Under the pieces are notes generated by a model, which was given only the letters and a program-made list of their open reading frames with translations, was not told the DNA's origin and did no database searches. 64,000 bases of DNA. Source: Candidatus Bathyarchaeota archaeon (GTDB lineage: Archaea > Thermoproteota > Bathyarchaeia > Bathyarchaeales > Bathycorpusculaceae). Of this stretch, positions 31,640-43,161 are shown piece by piece; position 1 is the stretch's first letter; every line of letters begins with the position of its first letter. The translations under genes and the position numbers were made by a program. Location: positions 416,001 to 480,000 of the forward strand of contig CAWEPZ010000002.1 in the NCBI GenBank assembly GCA_963811105.1, given 5' to 3'.

Positions 31640-31825
31640 TAACCGGTTTTGAGGAATTGAATTTTGATGAACGGACAATTTTTATTGCGCACTAAGCAGC
31701 CTGTGCAGTGTGATACTTCGCCCCTTTCTTGTAAGGCACTCCTGTAAATAGGACAGATAGGCTTTGCAGATTCCACAGTTCATGCCACACGGCGCAATAA
31801 ACCCAAAAGTAAACACTTTAGCCAT
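31640..31825 (-). pseudogene. DUF3795-like Cys-rich protein remnant
   Basis: IAPCGMNCGICKAYL, frameshift, then HCTGCLVRNKNCPFIK. Confidence 0.6.
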
Positions 31826-31960
31826 GTCTCTCTAATGATTGGAAAAATTAATTAGAATTACACAATTAAAGAGGATTTGCAAAAAGAGAACCCCGGTTTA
31901 GGATCACGAAAATATGATTAAATATAGAAAACGCAGTAGATAGAATTGTGGTGCACTTTG

Positions 31961-32520
31961 TTACTGTTGTTGACTGTTTGCAAATCTTCTTTCAAATACG
32001 CACAGTAATTGTCTTCTATCCTGTCGCAGTATCCTATTTCTATTGCTTTGGGACTTAGCACTCCGTATTCTGTGCAGCCTAGCATCCACATTAATATAAG
32101 CTAGTTCAACTCGCCCATTGGAGGCAAAATATTCCTTCTCGCCAATCTCAACCACTAGTTTGCTCATACTACATAGAAAATCAGTGAAATCATCACTCTT
32201 CTTCAACCCATGGTCTGTAACCCTCTTCTCCAACTCCCACGCAACATGTTCCTGCAAAGAGTTGCCAGAAGCAGGTTCTACGGTGAATTTGTCGCTTGAA
32301 AATAAGGTTCACAGCTTGTAAGTAGTTTTGCTTTTGACTAACCGCTCCTGTTTTGGATCAACCATACCCTGAAACTAAAAACAACTTCATCATGAATTCT
32401 GTCTATAATGAGAAAATGCCCGCTCTTTACGTCATCAAGACCTCTGACAAAATGGTAATAATCTGGCAAGGCTGTCTTGATTTGTTCTGGTTTGCATTTG
32501 AAAACAGCAACGCACCATTT
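31961..32520 (-). pseudogene. broken hypothetical protein
   Basis: Coding-like fragments (DYYHFVRGLDDVKSGHFLIIDR...; ORF 31961-32257) interrupted by frameshifts. Confidence 0.4.
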
Positions 32521-32589
32521 ATTAGCAACTGATATTTAACATCGAAAATCGGTGTCTTCAGCTTTCTATTTAAATATATGCACCCGCGA

Positions 32590-33213
32590 TTATTTGAGTT
32601 TCATTGGTTGCCGCAGAACTGTTTTCAGTTTTTCAGACGCTACTCTACGAGGATCACTCAGGTATATTTCATGGTGCTTGCCTGTTAACATGCCCTCGTT
32701 CTTTCTTATGAATTCATGAATATTTTGAATGGTTGGGCCTTCATTCGAAAAGGGTCCAAAATACATTATCTGAGCCGCTGAGCCCTCATGAAAGCTTTCA
32801 AACCGAATTTTTGATAGAGCCGGTATGACTTTCTTTTTCTTCAGTTCTTCAATTGCTTTGGCAACAGATTCTTTAGTCACGTGTTCGGGCTGCATTATCA
32901 TTGCGGTCCACTTCCACTTGCTTTTGTCTTCGGCGAATTTTGACATGTCATCAGCCCACCATAACCCTCCAAGAGGCATAACTGAGTAATCCACTTTATC
33001 GGTCTTCTTAATCATAAATTTGAGCGTGTAAGAGAGGCTAAATAGTGCTTCTATTGCTTCCTTGTATTCTTGAGATGTGTTAGGGTCGCCTGAACCGTCT
33101 ATCATTAAAAAATTCATTTGTGGAACTTCAACGATAGCAACCTCTTTTGCAGAAGGATTGTATAGACTTTTGAATTCTTTTTTCAAATCTATTTTTTCCA
33201 AAAGATTCACCAC
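32590..33213 (-). CDS. GyrI-like small-molecule-binding protein
   Basis: FLMIDGSGDPN, PLGGLWW, WTAMIMQP, HHEIYLSDPRR..LKTVLRQP. Confidence 0.9.
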   Translation of the reverse strand: MVNLLEKIDLKKEFKSLYNPSAKEVAIVEVPQMNFLMIDGSGDPNTSQEYKEAIEALFSLSYTLKFMIKKTDKVDYSVMPLGGLWWADDMSKFAEDKSKWKWTAMIMQPEHVTKESVAKAIEELKKKKVIPALSKIRFESFHEGSAAQIMYFGPFSNEGPTIQNIHEFIRKNEGMLTGKHHEIYLSDPRRVASEKLKTVLRQPMKLK

Positions 33214-33732
33214 ACTGTTTGTTCTGAATACTTTGTAATGTTCAGGGATTTATTTTTAGCGCTTACTTTTTCGCCGGATTACTCATAAGCTCGCGCTGAA
33301 CCTCGCTGAGTTGGCCTCCCAATTTCCTTCTCAAAACTTTCTTTTTTTACATTTTTGCATAATTGCGAATAATTTCTCCAATAGTGTCTCTATCATAAGA
33401 AGTAAGACCGGTTATCACACGTCCATATCATCATATGTAGCATAAGTGAACGGGTAAATCCTCATTCTTATTAGGGTTTCCACATTTCCATAATTCATAA
33501 TCTGACGAACATATCGTTCAGGCTCGTTTTCTGCTCAACTAAAACTGGAGTCATCTCTTCTCAACTCCATATTAAGTTGGTAATCTAACAATATTAAGTT
33601 TGATTTCCAATAAAGTGAGTTGAGCTGAATTTAGTGCGTGTACTTTTTGTCATATGGATTGTGTTTTTAAAACACACAGCAGCTGATACGTGCCCGTTTG
33701 CCCACAAATTTTTCAATACCTTTTGAAGATAA

Positions 33733-34800
33733 TTAGCATTTGGGTATGGATGATGGTTGCTGCTGAGATATGCAGTGAATTGCCCCAAATCCACAAATCA
33801 AAGCCATGCAATCTACGCCAACAACTTTTCTTTCAGGGAATAGATTTTGAAGGATAGATAGGGCGGTTTTGTCGTTTTCCGATTTGAATGTTGGAACCAA
33901 AACTGTTTTGTTTCCTATGTAGAAGTTTGTGTAGCTTGCAGGCAGTCTTTGTTTGTTGCATTCAACTTTTCCTGGCATAGGTAATTTCACTATGTTCAGT
34001 TTTTTGCCGTCTTGATCTTTGGATTCTAAGAGTATTTCATAGTTTTTTCTTAGTACGTCTGCGTTTTCGTCTTTTCCTTCTTCGTAAGCGCAAACTACTG
34101 TGGTCGAGTTAACAAAACGGGCTAGATCGTCAACGTGACCATCTGTATCGTCTCCAGCAATGCCCCATTTTAACCAAATGATATGAGTTACGCCCAAGTA
34201 ATCTTGCAGGTACTTTTCGATTTTGGCTTTACCAAACCCAGCGTTCCTATTCTTGTTCAGTAGGCATTGCTCCGTCGTGAGCAATGTTCCTTTTCCGTTA
34301 ACATCTATTGAGCCACCTTCCAAAACAATGCCTGGCTCAAAACAACTCAAGTGCATCTGACGGTTTATCACGTGGGGTATCTCTGCATCCTTTAATAGAT
34401 CTTCGTATTTTTGTCCCCAAGAATTAAAATTCCAATGAACCATCGCCAACTCTTCATTAGCATTTCGAACAAAAATCGGGCCGTAGTCCCTGAACCATAC
34501 ATCCGCGTAATCGAATACAAAAAAACGTATCCTTTTCAAGTCAATATTACTTTTTTCAAACAGGTCTGTTATTCTTTTTTTCATAGGCTCGTCTTTGACG
34601 AAGAGATTTACGTACTCGTCTTTGTGGAGCAACTTTATAATTTGAAAGTAGGTTTCTTCGACTTTTTCAACGCCTGATATGAATGTTGTGGGGTCATGCG
34701 GCCACGCCAGCCAAATTGCCTCGTGTCTGCACCATTCCGCAGGCATGCAATATCCTATTTCCCGTGGTGTCTTGTTTGAACAGATGTTTTCAATCTTCAT
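33733..34800 (-). CDS. aguA: agmatine deiminase
   Basis: MPAEW, WFRDYGP, LEGGSI..NG.GTLLTT, DDTDGHVD, ASYTNFY, GAIHCISQQ. Confidence 0.95.
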   Translation of the reverse strand: MKIENICSNKTPREIGYCMPAEWCRHEAIWLAWPHDPTTFISGVEKVEETYFQIIKLLHKDEYVNLFVKDEPMKKRITDLFEKSNIDLKRIRFFVFDYADVWFRDYGPIFVRNANEELAMVHWNFNSWGQKYEDLLKDAEIPHVINRQMHLSCFEPGIVLEGGSIDVNGKGTLLTTEQCLLNKNRNAGFGKAKIEKYLQDYLGVTHIIWLKWGIAGDDTDGHVDDLARFVNSTTVVCAYEEGKDENADVLRKNYEILLESKDQDGKKLNIVKLPMPGKVECNKQRLPASYTNFYIGNKTVLVPTFKSENDKTALSILQNLFPERKVVGVDCMALICGFGAIHCISQQQPSSIPKC

Positions 34801-34809
34801 TTTGGTACC

Positions 34810-35671
34810 TCAAGGCTTGTCTTTGATTAGCGGATTGTATGTATCTGGTCTTCGATTTTTAAGGAAACCCCATCCTTCCTGGATTTGCTTGTTCTTGTCT
34901 AGATTTACCTTAACGATTAACGTTTCCTCTTTAGTGTAGCTTGCTTCTCCAAGCACTTTCCCAAAAGAATCGCAAACAAAGGAGCCGCCCCAAAACTGCA
35001 GCTCTCCCTCTTGGCCAACTCGGTTTACCGCAGCGACATGTACTCCGTTTGCTATGGCGTGGGCGCGCTGTATTGTTTTCCATGCGTCATGCCAATCTCC
35101 ATCGGTTGAGTCAGAGCATTTGACGGATCCGATTGCTGTAGGGTAGAAAATAATTTCGGCGCCTTTCAGTGTGTTGATTCTTGCCGCTTCAGGGAACCAT
35201 TGATCATAGCAAATCAGCACCCCAACCCGAGCGTAGCGGGTTTTATGTACACAATAGCCTTGGTCGCCGGCTTCAAAATAATCCTTTTCATAAAAAAGTG
35301 GATCCTCCGGGATGTGCATCTTACGGTACGAGCCAAGAATCTGTCCATCTGCATCAATTACTACAGCGGAGTTGTAGTATTTCCCGTTTGCAGCCTTTTC
35401 AAACAAAGGTGCAATTATAACTATTTTTTTCAGTTTCGCTAGCTCCTGAGAAAACCCTTGTTGACTCTCCCGGAACAGTCTCAGATAGCTCATGAACATC
35501 CTTTTTTTCTTCTTGAGGAAAATATTTGGTTCTATAAAGTTCTTGAAGGCACACAATTTGAGCGCCCTTTGAGGCTGCTCCTTTTATTTTTTCGACAGTT
35601 TTCTTCATGTTTTCTACTATGTCATCTGAAACTGCAGTTTGGATAAGCCCAACGGTTACGGTTTTTGTCAT
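34810..35671 (-). CDS. aguB: N-carbamoylputrescine amidase (nitrilase superfamily), one frameshift near 35450
   Basis: Catalytic E (LQEL), K (YRKMHIP), C (ICYDQWFPE); the two overlapping ORFs join. Confidence 0.85.
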
Positions 35672-35777
35672 TATTTTTCCTTAACCGCAATAATGTAAGA
35701 CTTAGTGGTAATAACTTTTCTGGGATGAGACAAAGAAAAACAAGAAAACATGCCAAAATAAATGCATAACTCTACAC

Positions 35778-35978
35778 TTATGTCGGTGGTCGGTTCGCAC
35801 TTTTTCCGAATGTAGCTGTCCGCCTGACGCCCAATTGCCTTTTGGCGCTTCGTAAATGATTATACTGACTGCATCTTTGGGACCCCAAATCTTCGAAAAC
35901 TTTGGTGAATCCTTCGACTGTCTTCTTTTTGTTCTCGGCATTCATGCCTTCCCAAACTGAAACTTGAATTACAGGCAT
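35778..35978 (-). CDS. 4-oxalocrotonate tautomerase family protein, frameshift near 35880
   Basis: N-terminal Pro (MPVIQV); alternative frame PKDAVSIIIYEAPKGNWASGG. Confidence 0.8.
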   Translation of the reverse strand: MPVIQVSVWEGMNAENKKKTVEGFTKVFEDLGSQRCSQYNHLRSAKRQLGVRRTATFGKSANRPPT

Positions 35979-36408
35979 TTGCTTCTAATTGCTATAATCT
36001 CTTCGCTGTTGAGCCTCTCTGTAGGCAACATCTGGTTAATCGGATTAGTCCTCGGTTTGGTAGGCGGCATTCTCGCGTTAGCTAAGAAATAATTGATTTG
36101 TTTTAAAAACTGGCTAATAAAATCAATTTTTATTTAATTTGTTGAAATGTCAATTGTTGACAGAGTTTCAGCGAAGGTTTTAACTTGGTGTTTTGGGTTG
36201 CTTTCTTAAAGATTATTCTATTAGAGTCAATAAAAGTCTCTTTGGTGGAAGAGTGGTTTTTGTTGCTAACTGAGAAAGTAACATTCCAGAAGGTGCTTAA
36301 GAAAATCAATTGAAATAATCTATCTTTTCTAGTATTAGTTTGTCACTCTTTAAATATGGAAAGGTAATTTGGTAATCCAGCAGTAACAAGAATCTAGGCG
36401 TAAATTGG

Positions 36409-37431
36409 ATGGAAAGAAAAGATTACCTCCAAACTCCAGTCAAACATATAAAAATCGACGGGGCACAAACCGTTGACCAGCTGATGCAACAATTCAAGAA
36501 ATCAGGCGCATTGGGTGCTGGACGCTTAGCTACAGCCTGCGACATTTACGAGAAAATGCTTAAAGATAAAGATTGCACGGTTTTTTTGGCGCTTTCAGGC
36601 GCAGTCGTTCCGGCAGGCATGCGCACAATCATTACTGATTTGATAAGGAAAAAGCTTGTTGATGTAATTGTCAGCACAGGTGCATGTATGGTACACGATG
36701 CCATTGAAGCTGTAGGTGGGCACCATTACATCGGTGGCTGGACAGTAAACGACGCGGAACTTTACCGGTATCATCTTTTTCGTATATACGATATTTTTGT
36801 CCCTGAAGAAGACTATGTCCGACTAGACTTCAAGCTGTCAGAAATGTACGATGACATCGCATTAGAGCGCAAAGGAGAGAGTTTAGCTTCAAACGAGTTC
36901 AGCTGGGAAATAGGAAAACGTCTCACAGATAAAGACTCAATTTTGCGAGCAGCTTATGAAGAAAATGTTCCAATTTTCTTGCCAGCGGTTCGCGACTCAG
37001 AATTTGGCTTTATCCACTGGCTCCATTCTTCCCAGGAAAAGAAGAAGCCTGTACTTTTGGTTGATGCCTTCAAAGATGTTCCAACCATCTGCAACATCTG
37101 CGCTAAATCACCCAAAAATGGTATGATAGTTATAGGCGGGGGAGTGCCACGTAATACCATCCAATCCTCAGCGTTGGCATCCAAGAAAGGGCTAGACTAC
37201 GCTGTAGTCATCACTTTGGATCGTCCTGAAACAGGAGGCTTATCAGGTTCAACTCTAGAGGAGACAGTGAGTTGGGGAAAAATGAAGGGCGAAGCAGACC
37301 ATGTAATGGTGATTGGCGAGGCATTGATGGTTTTTCCATTCTTAGTTGCCTCCGTAACTGAAAGATTAGGACCAAGTTTTAGTCGCAGCCCATTTCTGAA
37401 ACTTGAGAAATCCACAGCTAAAGGAAGCTAA
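36409..37431 (+). CDS. dys: deoxyhypusine synthase (or DHS-like homospermidine synthase)
   Basis: LSGAVVPAG, STGA..HD, RIYD, PAVRDS, GGGVPRN, TGGLSG, SWGK catalytic Lys. Confidence 0.9.
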   Translation: MERKDYLQTPVKHIKIDGAQTVDQLMQQFKKSGALGAGRLATACDIYEKMLKDKDCTVFLALSGAVVPAGMRTIITDLIRKKLVDVIVSTGACMVHDAIEAVGGHHYIGGWTVNDAELYRYHLFRIYDIFVPEEDYVRLDFKLSEMYDDIALERKGESLASNEFSWEIGKRLTDKDSILRAAYEENVPIFLPAVRDSEFGFIHWLHSSQEKKKPVLLVDAFKDVPTICNICAKSPKNGMIVIGGGVPRNTIQSSALASKKGLDYAVVITLDRPETGGLSGSTLEETVSWGKMKGEADHVMVIGEALMVFPFLVASVTERLGPSFSRSPFLKLEKSTAKGS

Positions 37432-37435
37432 AAAG

Positions 37436-37654
37436 ATGAAGGGCAAAGGCGAGGAAAAGTACTGCGGCAACTGCGACAGCCACAACTCTTTTCAATACCC
37501 CACGAAAGTTTTCTGCTCCACCAGACACGCCCAAAGCTTAAATGCCATTGTAGAAACGCTTTGGCATTGTGAAAGTTGGAATCGGGTCAGCCAGGAATGC
37601 TACTGCGTTCGAGAAGCAAAAAAGATTAATGGCGTCGAATTGGGACAGCATTAA
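37436..37654 (+). CDS. small Cys-rich protein
   Basis: YCGNCDSH..FC..HC..ECYCVREA. Confidence 0.6.
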   Translation: MKGKGEEKYCGNCDSHNSFQYPTKVFCSTRHAQSLNAIVETLWHCESWNRVSQECYCVREAKKINGVELGQH

Positions 37655-37690
37655 AGTTAAATAATTAAGCTACTTTAATCGCAATGTCGC

Positions 37691-37766
37691 AGCCCGGTGG
37701 TGTAGTGGTCAAGCATAGGGGCCTCTGGAGCCTCTGACGAGAGTTCGAATCTCTCCCGGGCTACCA
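37691..37766 (+). tRNA. tRNA-Gln (anticodon CTG)
   Basis: Acceptor AGCCCGG/CCGGGCT (A1-U72), anticodon arm GGGGC-CTCTGGA-GCCTC, T-arm GAGAG-TTCGAAT-CTCTC, encoded CCA, no intron. Confidence 0.97.
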
Positions 37767-38657
37767 TCTTTAGCATGTGATTTATGCTTTCTAAAATGGT
37801 GAACGTGGGACTCGCCATTTCCTTTTTTCTTTTTTTCTACAGTAGTCAGGAGGTTTTTTGATTGAATCAGAAGGAGAATGAAGTTACAGCCGTGGCTTTG
37901 CGAATTTTCCTTGTTGGTTTGTCTTTTACTTTTGATGCTAATTTTCAGCAGCTTGAAGAGATTACGAAGAGGGCTTTGGGTGCTGTCGAATCGGAGGTTC
38001 TCAATTATTGAGTGAACCTCTCTACACTGAAGAGGTTGAGACCTTTTGCAATAAGAAGCGCTGTCAAGTCTCGATTTCTCTGCGTGCACCAGAGCAGCCT
38101 AAAAGGAATATGATTTCGGGTGTTCCCTAATCTTGCACTTGTGAAGATGCTTGCGGCAAAGGTACTTTGTGCCTTTTGAAAGCTAAACAAATCTACTGGG
38201 AGAAGCGAAGATGAAGAGTGCTGTGCGTGGCAAATTGTTTGTTTTTTAAGAAGTGAAGCTAGCAAAGACTGGACTGCTGCGGATTATCCTAAAGATTGCG
38301 TCTTCTTAATTGGCGTTTTAGTCGGCTGAATGTTGAAGAGGAAATGAGACGGTGCATAAATCGCAAGCATACTCAGGAATTTGCTTTTCAATTTAAGGTC
38401 TTTCGCATAATGAACGAAACTTTCTTGGGTTCTGCCATAACTTGTTTCCCTTCATTAAATAGAACATAAATATAAAATAGTAAAATGATTTGATGAATCT
38501 TACGAAATAAGTATTTGTGGTAGTTTACCTACAACCACAAACGCTATTGAATCCGATACGGATGACTTAATTCTTGAAGATAACAAATAAGCCAAGTAAG
38601 CGTCGTGTTGCAAGTTCAAAAATCAACGAGTCAAATAAAAAATCGTTTTGATCTTGA

Positions 38658-41600
38658 TTGTGTAGGAATAAAGAAATGTCAACTCTCCACAGGGTTGATA
38701 AAGCAGGGAAAACCTTGAAAACAAGCTTTAAGAAATTATTTACTTTTGTTCTGATTCTGACGATAATTGTCCTTGTTCTTTTTTCTGAAACTGGGTTTGT
38801 TAAAGCAAAAACCTTGAACACTGAAATGGTGTTAAGTGCAGTTCCAAACCCAGCTGGAGTTCTTCAGACCATTAATATTACCATGTGGATCTGGCCAATC
38901 CCACCCACAAGCTCTGATAGGTACAATAATATTTTACTAAGAATTATCGCACCTGATGGAACAACTCAAACCACCCAAGGTTTAGTTTCAACATCTTCTG
39001 GTTTGGTTAATTCAACATATATACCAAGGACAGTGGGTACTTACAATTTTCAAGCTACCTATAATGGAGGAATATTTGCCTCAACGAACAACACCTACTC
39101 AGCCTGCCAGAGCCAAAACCGAATAGTAATCGTACAACAAACTCCAAATAACACGCGCAACTACATCGAACCAACAGCCATTGTGGACAACGTACCAGTT
39201 ACAGGAAGTTCAAACCAAACTCTAACATTTGCAGGCCATGGAACAGATATTGGTGGCTCTATCATAAATTATACTTGGACAAGCAGTATAGATGGGGTTC
39301 TAAATCATAATAGCAAGTTTACCATCAGCAATCTTTCAGTTGGCACTCACAGGATTTCATTTCAAGTAGAAGATAACGATAACTTATGGTCAACACCTGA
39401 TATCAGAACATTGATAATAAACCCACCAACTCCAAATGTTGCTCCAACGGCAACTGTAGATTCGGTTGCTCCTAATCCTGCTCCGTTTGGGCAATCCGTA
39501 AGTTTTGTGGGTCATGGGAATGATTCAGATGGCAATATTGTAAGTTATAATTGGACTTCTAGCATTGATGGCTTTCTCAGTTCGTCTAGAAGTTTTTCAA
39601 CATCAGCTCTTTCGGTTGGCACTCACAGGATTTCATTTCAAGTAGAAGATAACGATAACTTATGGTCAACACCTGATATCAGAACATTGATAATAAACCC
39701 ACCAACTCCAAATGTTGCTCCAACGGCAACTGTAGATTCGGTTGCTCCTAATCCTGCTCCGTTTGGGCAATCCGTAAGTTTTGTGGGTCATGGGAATGAT
39801 TCAGATGGCAATATTGTAAGTTATAATTGGACTTCTAGGCATTGATGGCTTTCTCAGGTTGCGTCTTAACAATAGTAAGTTTTTCAACATCAGCTCTTTC
39901 GGTTGGCACTCACAGGATTTCATTTCAAGTAGAAGATAACGATAACTTATGGTCAACACCTGATATCAGAACATTGATAATAAACCCACCAACTCCAAAT
40001 GTTGCTCCAACGGCAACTGTAGATTCGGTTGCTCCTAATCCTGCTCCGTTTGGGCAATCCGTAAGTTTTGTGGGTCATGGGAATGATTCAGATGGCAATA
40101 TTGTAAGTTATAATTGGACTTCTAGCATTGATGGCTTTCTCAGTTCGTCTAGAAGTTTTTCAACATCAGCTCTTTCGGTTGGCACTCACAGGATTTCATT
40201 TCAAGTAGAAGATAACGATAACTTATGGTCAACACCTGATATCAGAACATTGATAATAAACCCACCAACTCCAAATGTTGCTCCAACGGCAACTGTAGAT
40301 TCGGTTGCTCCTAATCCTGCTCCGTTTGGGCAATCCGTAAGTTTTGTGGGTCATGGGAATGATTCAGATGGCAATATTGTAAGTTATAATTGGACTTCTA
40401 GCATTGATGGCTTTCTCAGTTCGTCTAGAAGTTTTTCAACATCAGCTCTTTCGGTTGGCACTCACACCATTTATTTTCAAGTTGAAGCTCGCGAAAGCAA
40501 CAGCAACTTAGTTTGGTCAGAAGCGACCACACAAACTCTCACAATCAATGGAAACAGGACGCCGCTTTTCCTCGTTCTCGTTGCGATTTTAATAATTGCA
40601 TTAATCGGAATTGCCTATTACCTAACTTACTTGGTTCGACCTTCGCTAAAAAAAATTGAGAAGGATTCCCTAAAGAGGCATACGCAAGAGGCAAAGAAAG
40701 AAGCAGAAGAAGAAAAGGAAAAAGAAAGAGACAAAAAAGAGAAAAAAGCTTTTTTAAAGTTAGAGATTAAAGTTCCGCCGAGGGTTTGGGAGTCAGAGTC
40801 TGCAATGGCTGAAGGCAAAGTCCTAAATGAAGGTGTAGCTGCAGCTGAAGACGTGCAAATTTCTGCAGCTGCAACACCAGGGTTAATTTTAGACAAAAGC
40901 GGAATGAAATTTTCTGAACTCCAACCCCTTGAAGAGAAATCTGTAGTCTTTCCTTTTGTTGCGAGCAATCAAATAAAGCGCGGAAACTATAAACTAAGAT
41001 TTGAGATTAAAAGCAAACAGACCTCAAGTCGAGTTAAGGATCGTTCTTTGCGCGCAATAAAGATAGGCTTGCTGTCCGATAGTGGTGGTCAAAAAAACGC
41101 GGATTTACTGAAGGGATGGTTTAAGGAACACTCATTCACATGGGACGAATTGACTGGTGCCGATAACTTTTTGAAGCTCTTAGAATTTGACCTTATTGTC
41201 GTAGCCTACGAATCAGATTTGCCGCCAAAATGGGTAAAGAACATCTCTAACTTCGTCGACCAAAGTCAATCCTTGCTTGTGATAGACAAAATAAAAACCA
41301 CCAGCATGGAACTAATTTCCCAAACATTAGGCTATAGTAGTATGACCTTTGAAGATTTTGACTCCGTTGAGAGATCACTTGTAATCTCAGACAATCAGCA
41401 CGAAGCAACTAGAACATTGCGAGTAGGCGATAAAATACCATTCAACGGACGCTGCAGCAGCATATGCACTTCAAGTGTTGATAAAGGACAGATTCTTGCA
41501 AACCAAATAATAAACAAGAAAACAGAGGAAGGGCCATCAAAGACTTTTCCAGCGATCGTGGCCAATAATTATGGCGAAGGAAGAGTTATTTACCTGAATT

Positions 41601-41695
41601 TTTGCCTTGAACAATCCGTGCTTGAGCACAACGAAATTCTACTGAGCTTTTTCAACTGGTTGATTTCTCCAAAACACATCAGGGAAACTGAATGA
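38658..41695 (+). CDS. membrane-anchored surface protein: signal peptide, Ig-like + about 5 PKD domains, TM, charged linker, CARDB-like and GATase-like C-terminal domains
   Basis: PKD motif VSFVGHGNDSDGNIVSYNWTSSIDG..GTHRISFQVED; TM PLFLVLVAILIIALIGIAYYL; split into two ORFs only by 11 scattered extra bases at 39835-39880. Confidence 0.8.
39341..40465 (+). repeat. four tandem 276-bp (92-aa) PKD-coding repeats
   Basis: TGGCACTCAC recurs at 39341, 39617, 39904, 40180 and 40456 (periods 276, 287, 276, 276); copies look otherwise identical. Confidence 0.95.
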
Positions 41696-41764
41696 AAGCG
41701 AACGTGAGCCAAATCGGTCGTTACAAAGACTGTTTCGTTTCTTAAATAATCTTTAGGTAAACTT

Positions 41765-42150
41765 GGCATTGGGACAGAACTGTTTTGAGTTAATTCGGAT
41801 CACATAGAGGTTGTGAAGGAAACGTTTGAGAAGAGCGCCATCTCTTGTCGGTCTGCCCTTCTCTCCCGTACTGTTCTGCCAAATCTTCCCTTGTAAGAAG
41901 AAAAGCCGCTTTCACACAGATTCCTATGGAAATATTCTGCGAGAAAATCAATCAGCGAAGCCGCCATCCGAATCAAAATAGGCGCCAATCACCAATACTA
42001 GCGATGTTTTTCTTAAGAACCAAAAACAAAGACACCGCCCGATCAAACATCTTTAACTTTTCTTGCGCTAAAGTACTTCTCAAACTTATTGAATTAAGAT
42101 AACAAAGAAAATGACAAAATTTTCCACCACACACGGCACTTCTGACCTAA
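41765..42150 (-). mobile_element. DDE transposase 3' remnant with IS end
   Basis: HRNLCESGFSSYKGRFG motif; end GGCATTGGGACAGAA resembles the TIR of the IS at 53806. Confidence 0.6.
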
Positions 42151-42299
42151 TTCTACAATTTGTTGCCTTAAATATGACCATAAAATTAATTACAGTAATT
42201 TAATACAATTTACTAGGTAGGTTTAGCTAATCGAGAAAGATAGGAACAAGCTGGTTCGAGGATACAGTAATTCCTGCCCTCTAATCAAAAAAAGATTTT

Positions 42300-43043
42300 A
42301 TGGTAAATTACGGGAGTCAAAATAAAATGGGCGAAGAAAAAAATTTTGTTACCGCATTTCAAATTCATAAAGGCAAAGTCTTCACTTCAGATCAGAAAAA
42401 GATAGGTATAATTGTTAACTTAATTATTGATCCCGAAATGGACTTTGCAGCTAGATTGCTTATCTTTCCTGAGGAGAAGCCCTGGTGGATAGATTGGTTA
42501 AGTCAAAGGGGACAAGAAATGTCTTTGGATCTAATTAAGCAAGTTTTGCCAGAGGAAACTGATAAAATCCTCAAGGATGTGGCAGAGAAAGGACCTGACG
42601 TCGCATTGCAATTGTGGAAAGAACATCTCAAAAGGCGGAAATGCTACTTGGTTTCCTTGCTGGAAATTAGCAAAATTGATGGGCAAACAGTTCATTTAAA
42701 GTCAAGTTTAAACCAAATTGAGACAGGCTACGGCGACATAGCTACGAATGAAAATGAAATTGCCTTTTTCGACGAAGATGCTTTGTCAAGCGACGAAAAC
42801 AAAACCCTCTTGTCAATAACACTCGAGTTACCGAATTTCAAGGGAAAAAAAGTCTCTGACCAACAAGGTGGAAAAGGTAGAATCTTTAACATCCAGTTGG
42901 ACACCACGAGAGGACAGGTAACCAACATAATTGTTCAGACCGTAGGGGAAAACCCTGGAAACCACATCATCAGCTCAAAGGATTTTGATTGGTCAACCTT
43001 CGAAACTACAACAAACTTAGCGATTGCACCAATTCAAAAATAG
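42300..43043 (+). CDS. protein with two PRC-barrel-like domains
   Basis: GKVFTSDQKKIGIIVNLIID and GKKVSDQQGGKGRIFNIQLD..GQVTNIIV. Confidence 0.65.
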   Translation: MVNYGSQNKMGEEKNFVTAFQIHKGKVFTSDQKKIGIIVNLIIDPEMDFAARLLIFPEEKPWWIDWLSQRGQEMSLDLIKQVLPEETDKILKDVAEKGPDVALQLWKEHLKRRKCYLVSLLEISKIDGQTVHLKSSLNQIETGYGDIATNENEIAFFDEDALSSDENKTLLSITLELPNFKGKKVSDQQGGKGRIFNIQLDTTRGQVTNIIVQTVGENPGNHIISSKDFDWSTFETTTNLAIAPIQK

Positions 43044-43161
43044 TTATCAAAAAAGGGAAAAACACTGCAATGAGCTGCCCATGCAGCTTGTTGAAAAATT
43101 TCTTACTTTTCAATATAGAGGTGTGCATAATTTTAAATCTAGTTAGCGCCTTTTTGTCTTT

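Noticed and set aside
37709-38089. Minus-strand ORF overlapping the tRNA
   Set aside because: Shadow ORF whose C-terminus (SPGEIRTLV) is the antisense of tRNA-Gln
39341-40465. CRISPR array or non-coding repeat
   Set aside because: Units are 276 bp, contiguous, in frame and encode PKD domains; no spacers. No CRISPR array or cas gene was seen anywhere in the window
39842-41695. Separate gene from 38658-39845
   Set aside because: The break falls in a corrupted copy of the tandem repeat; one gene is more parsimonious
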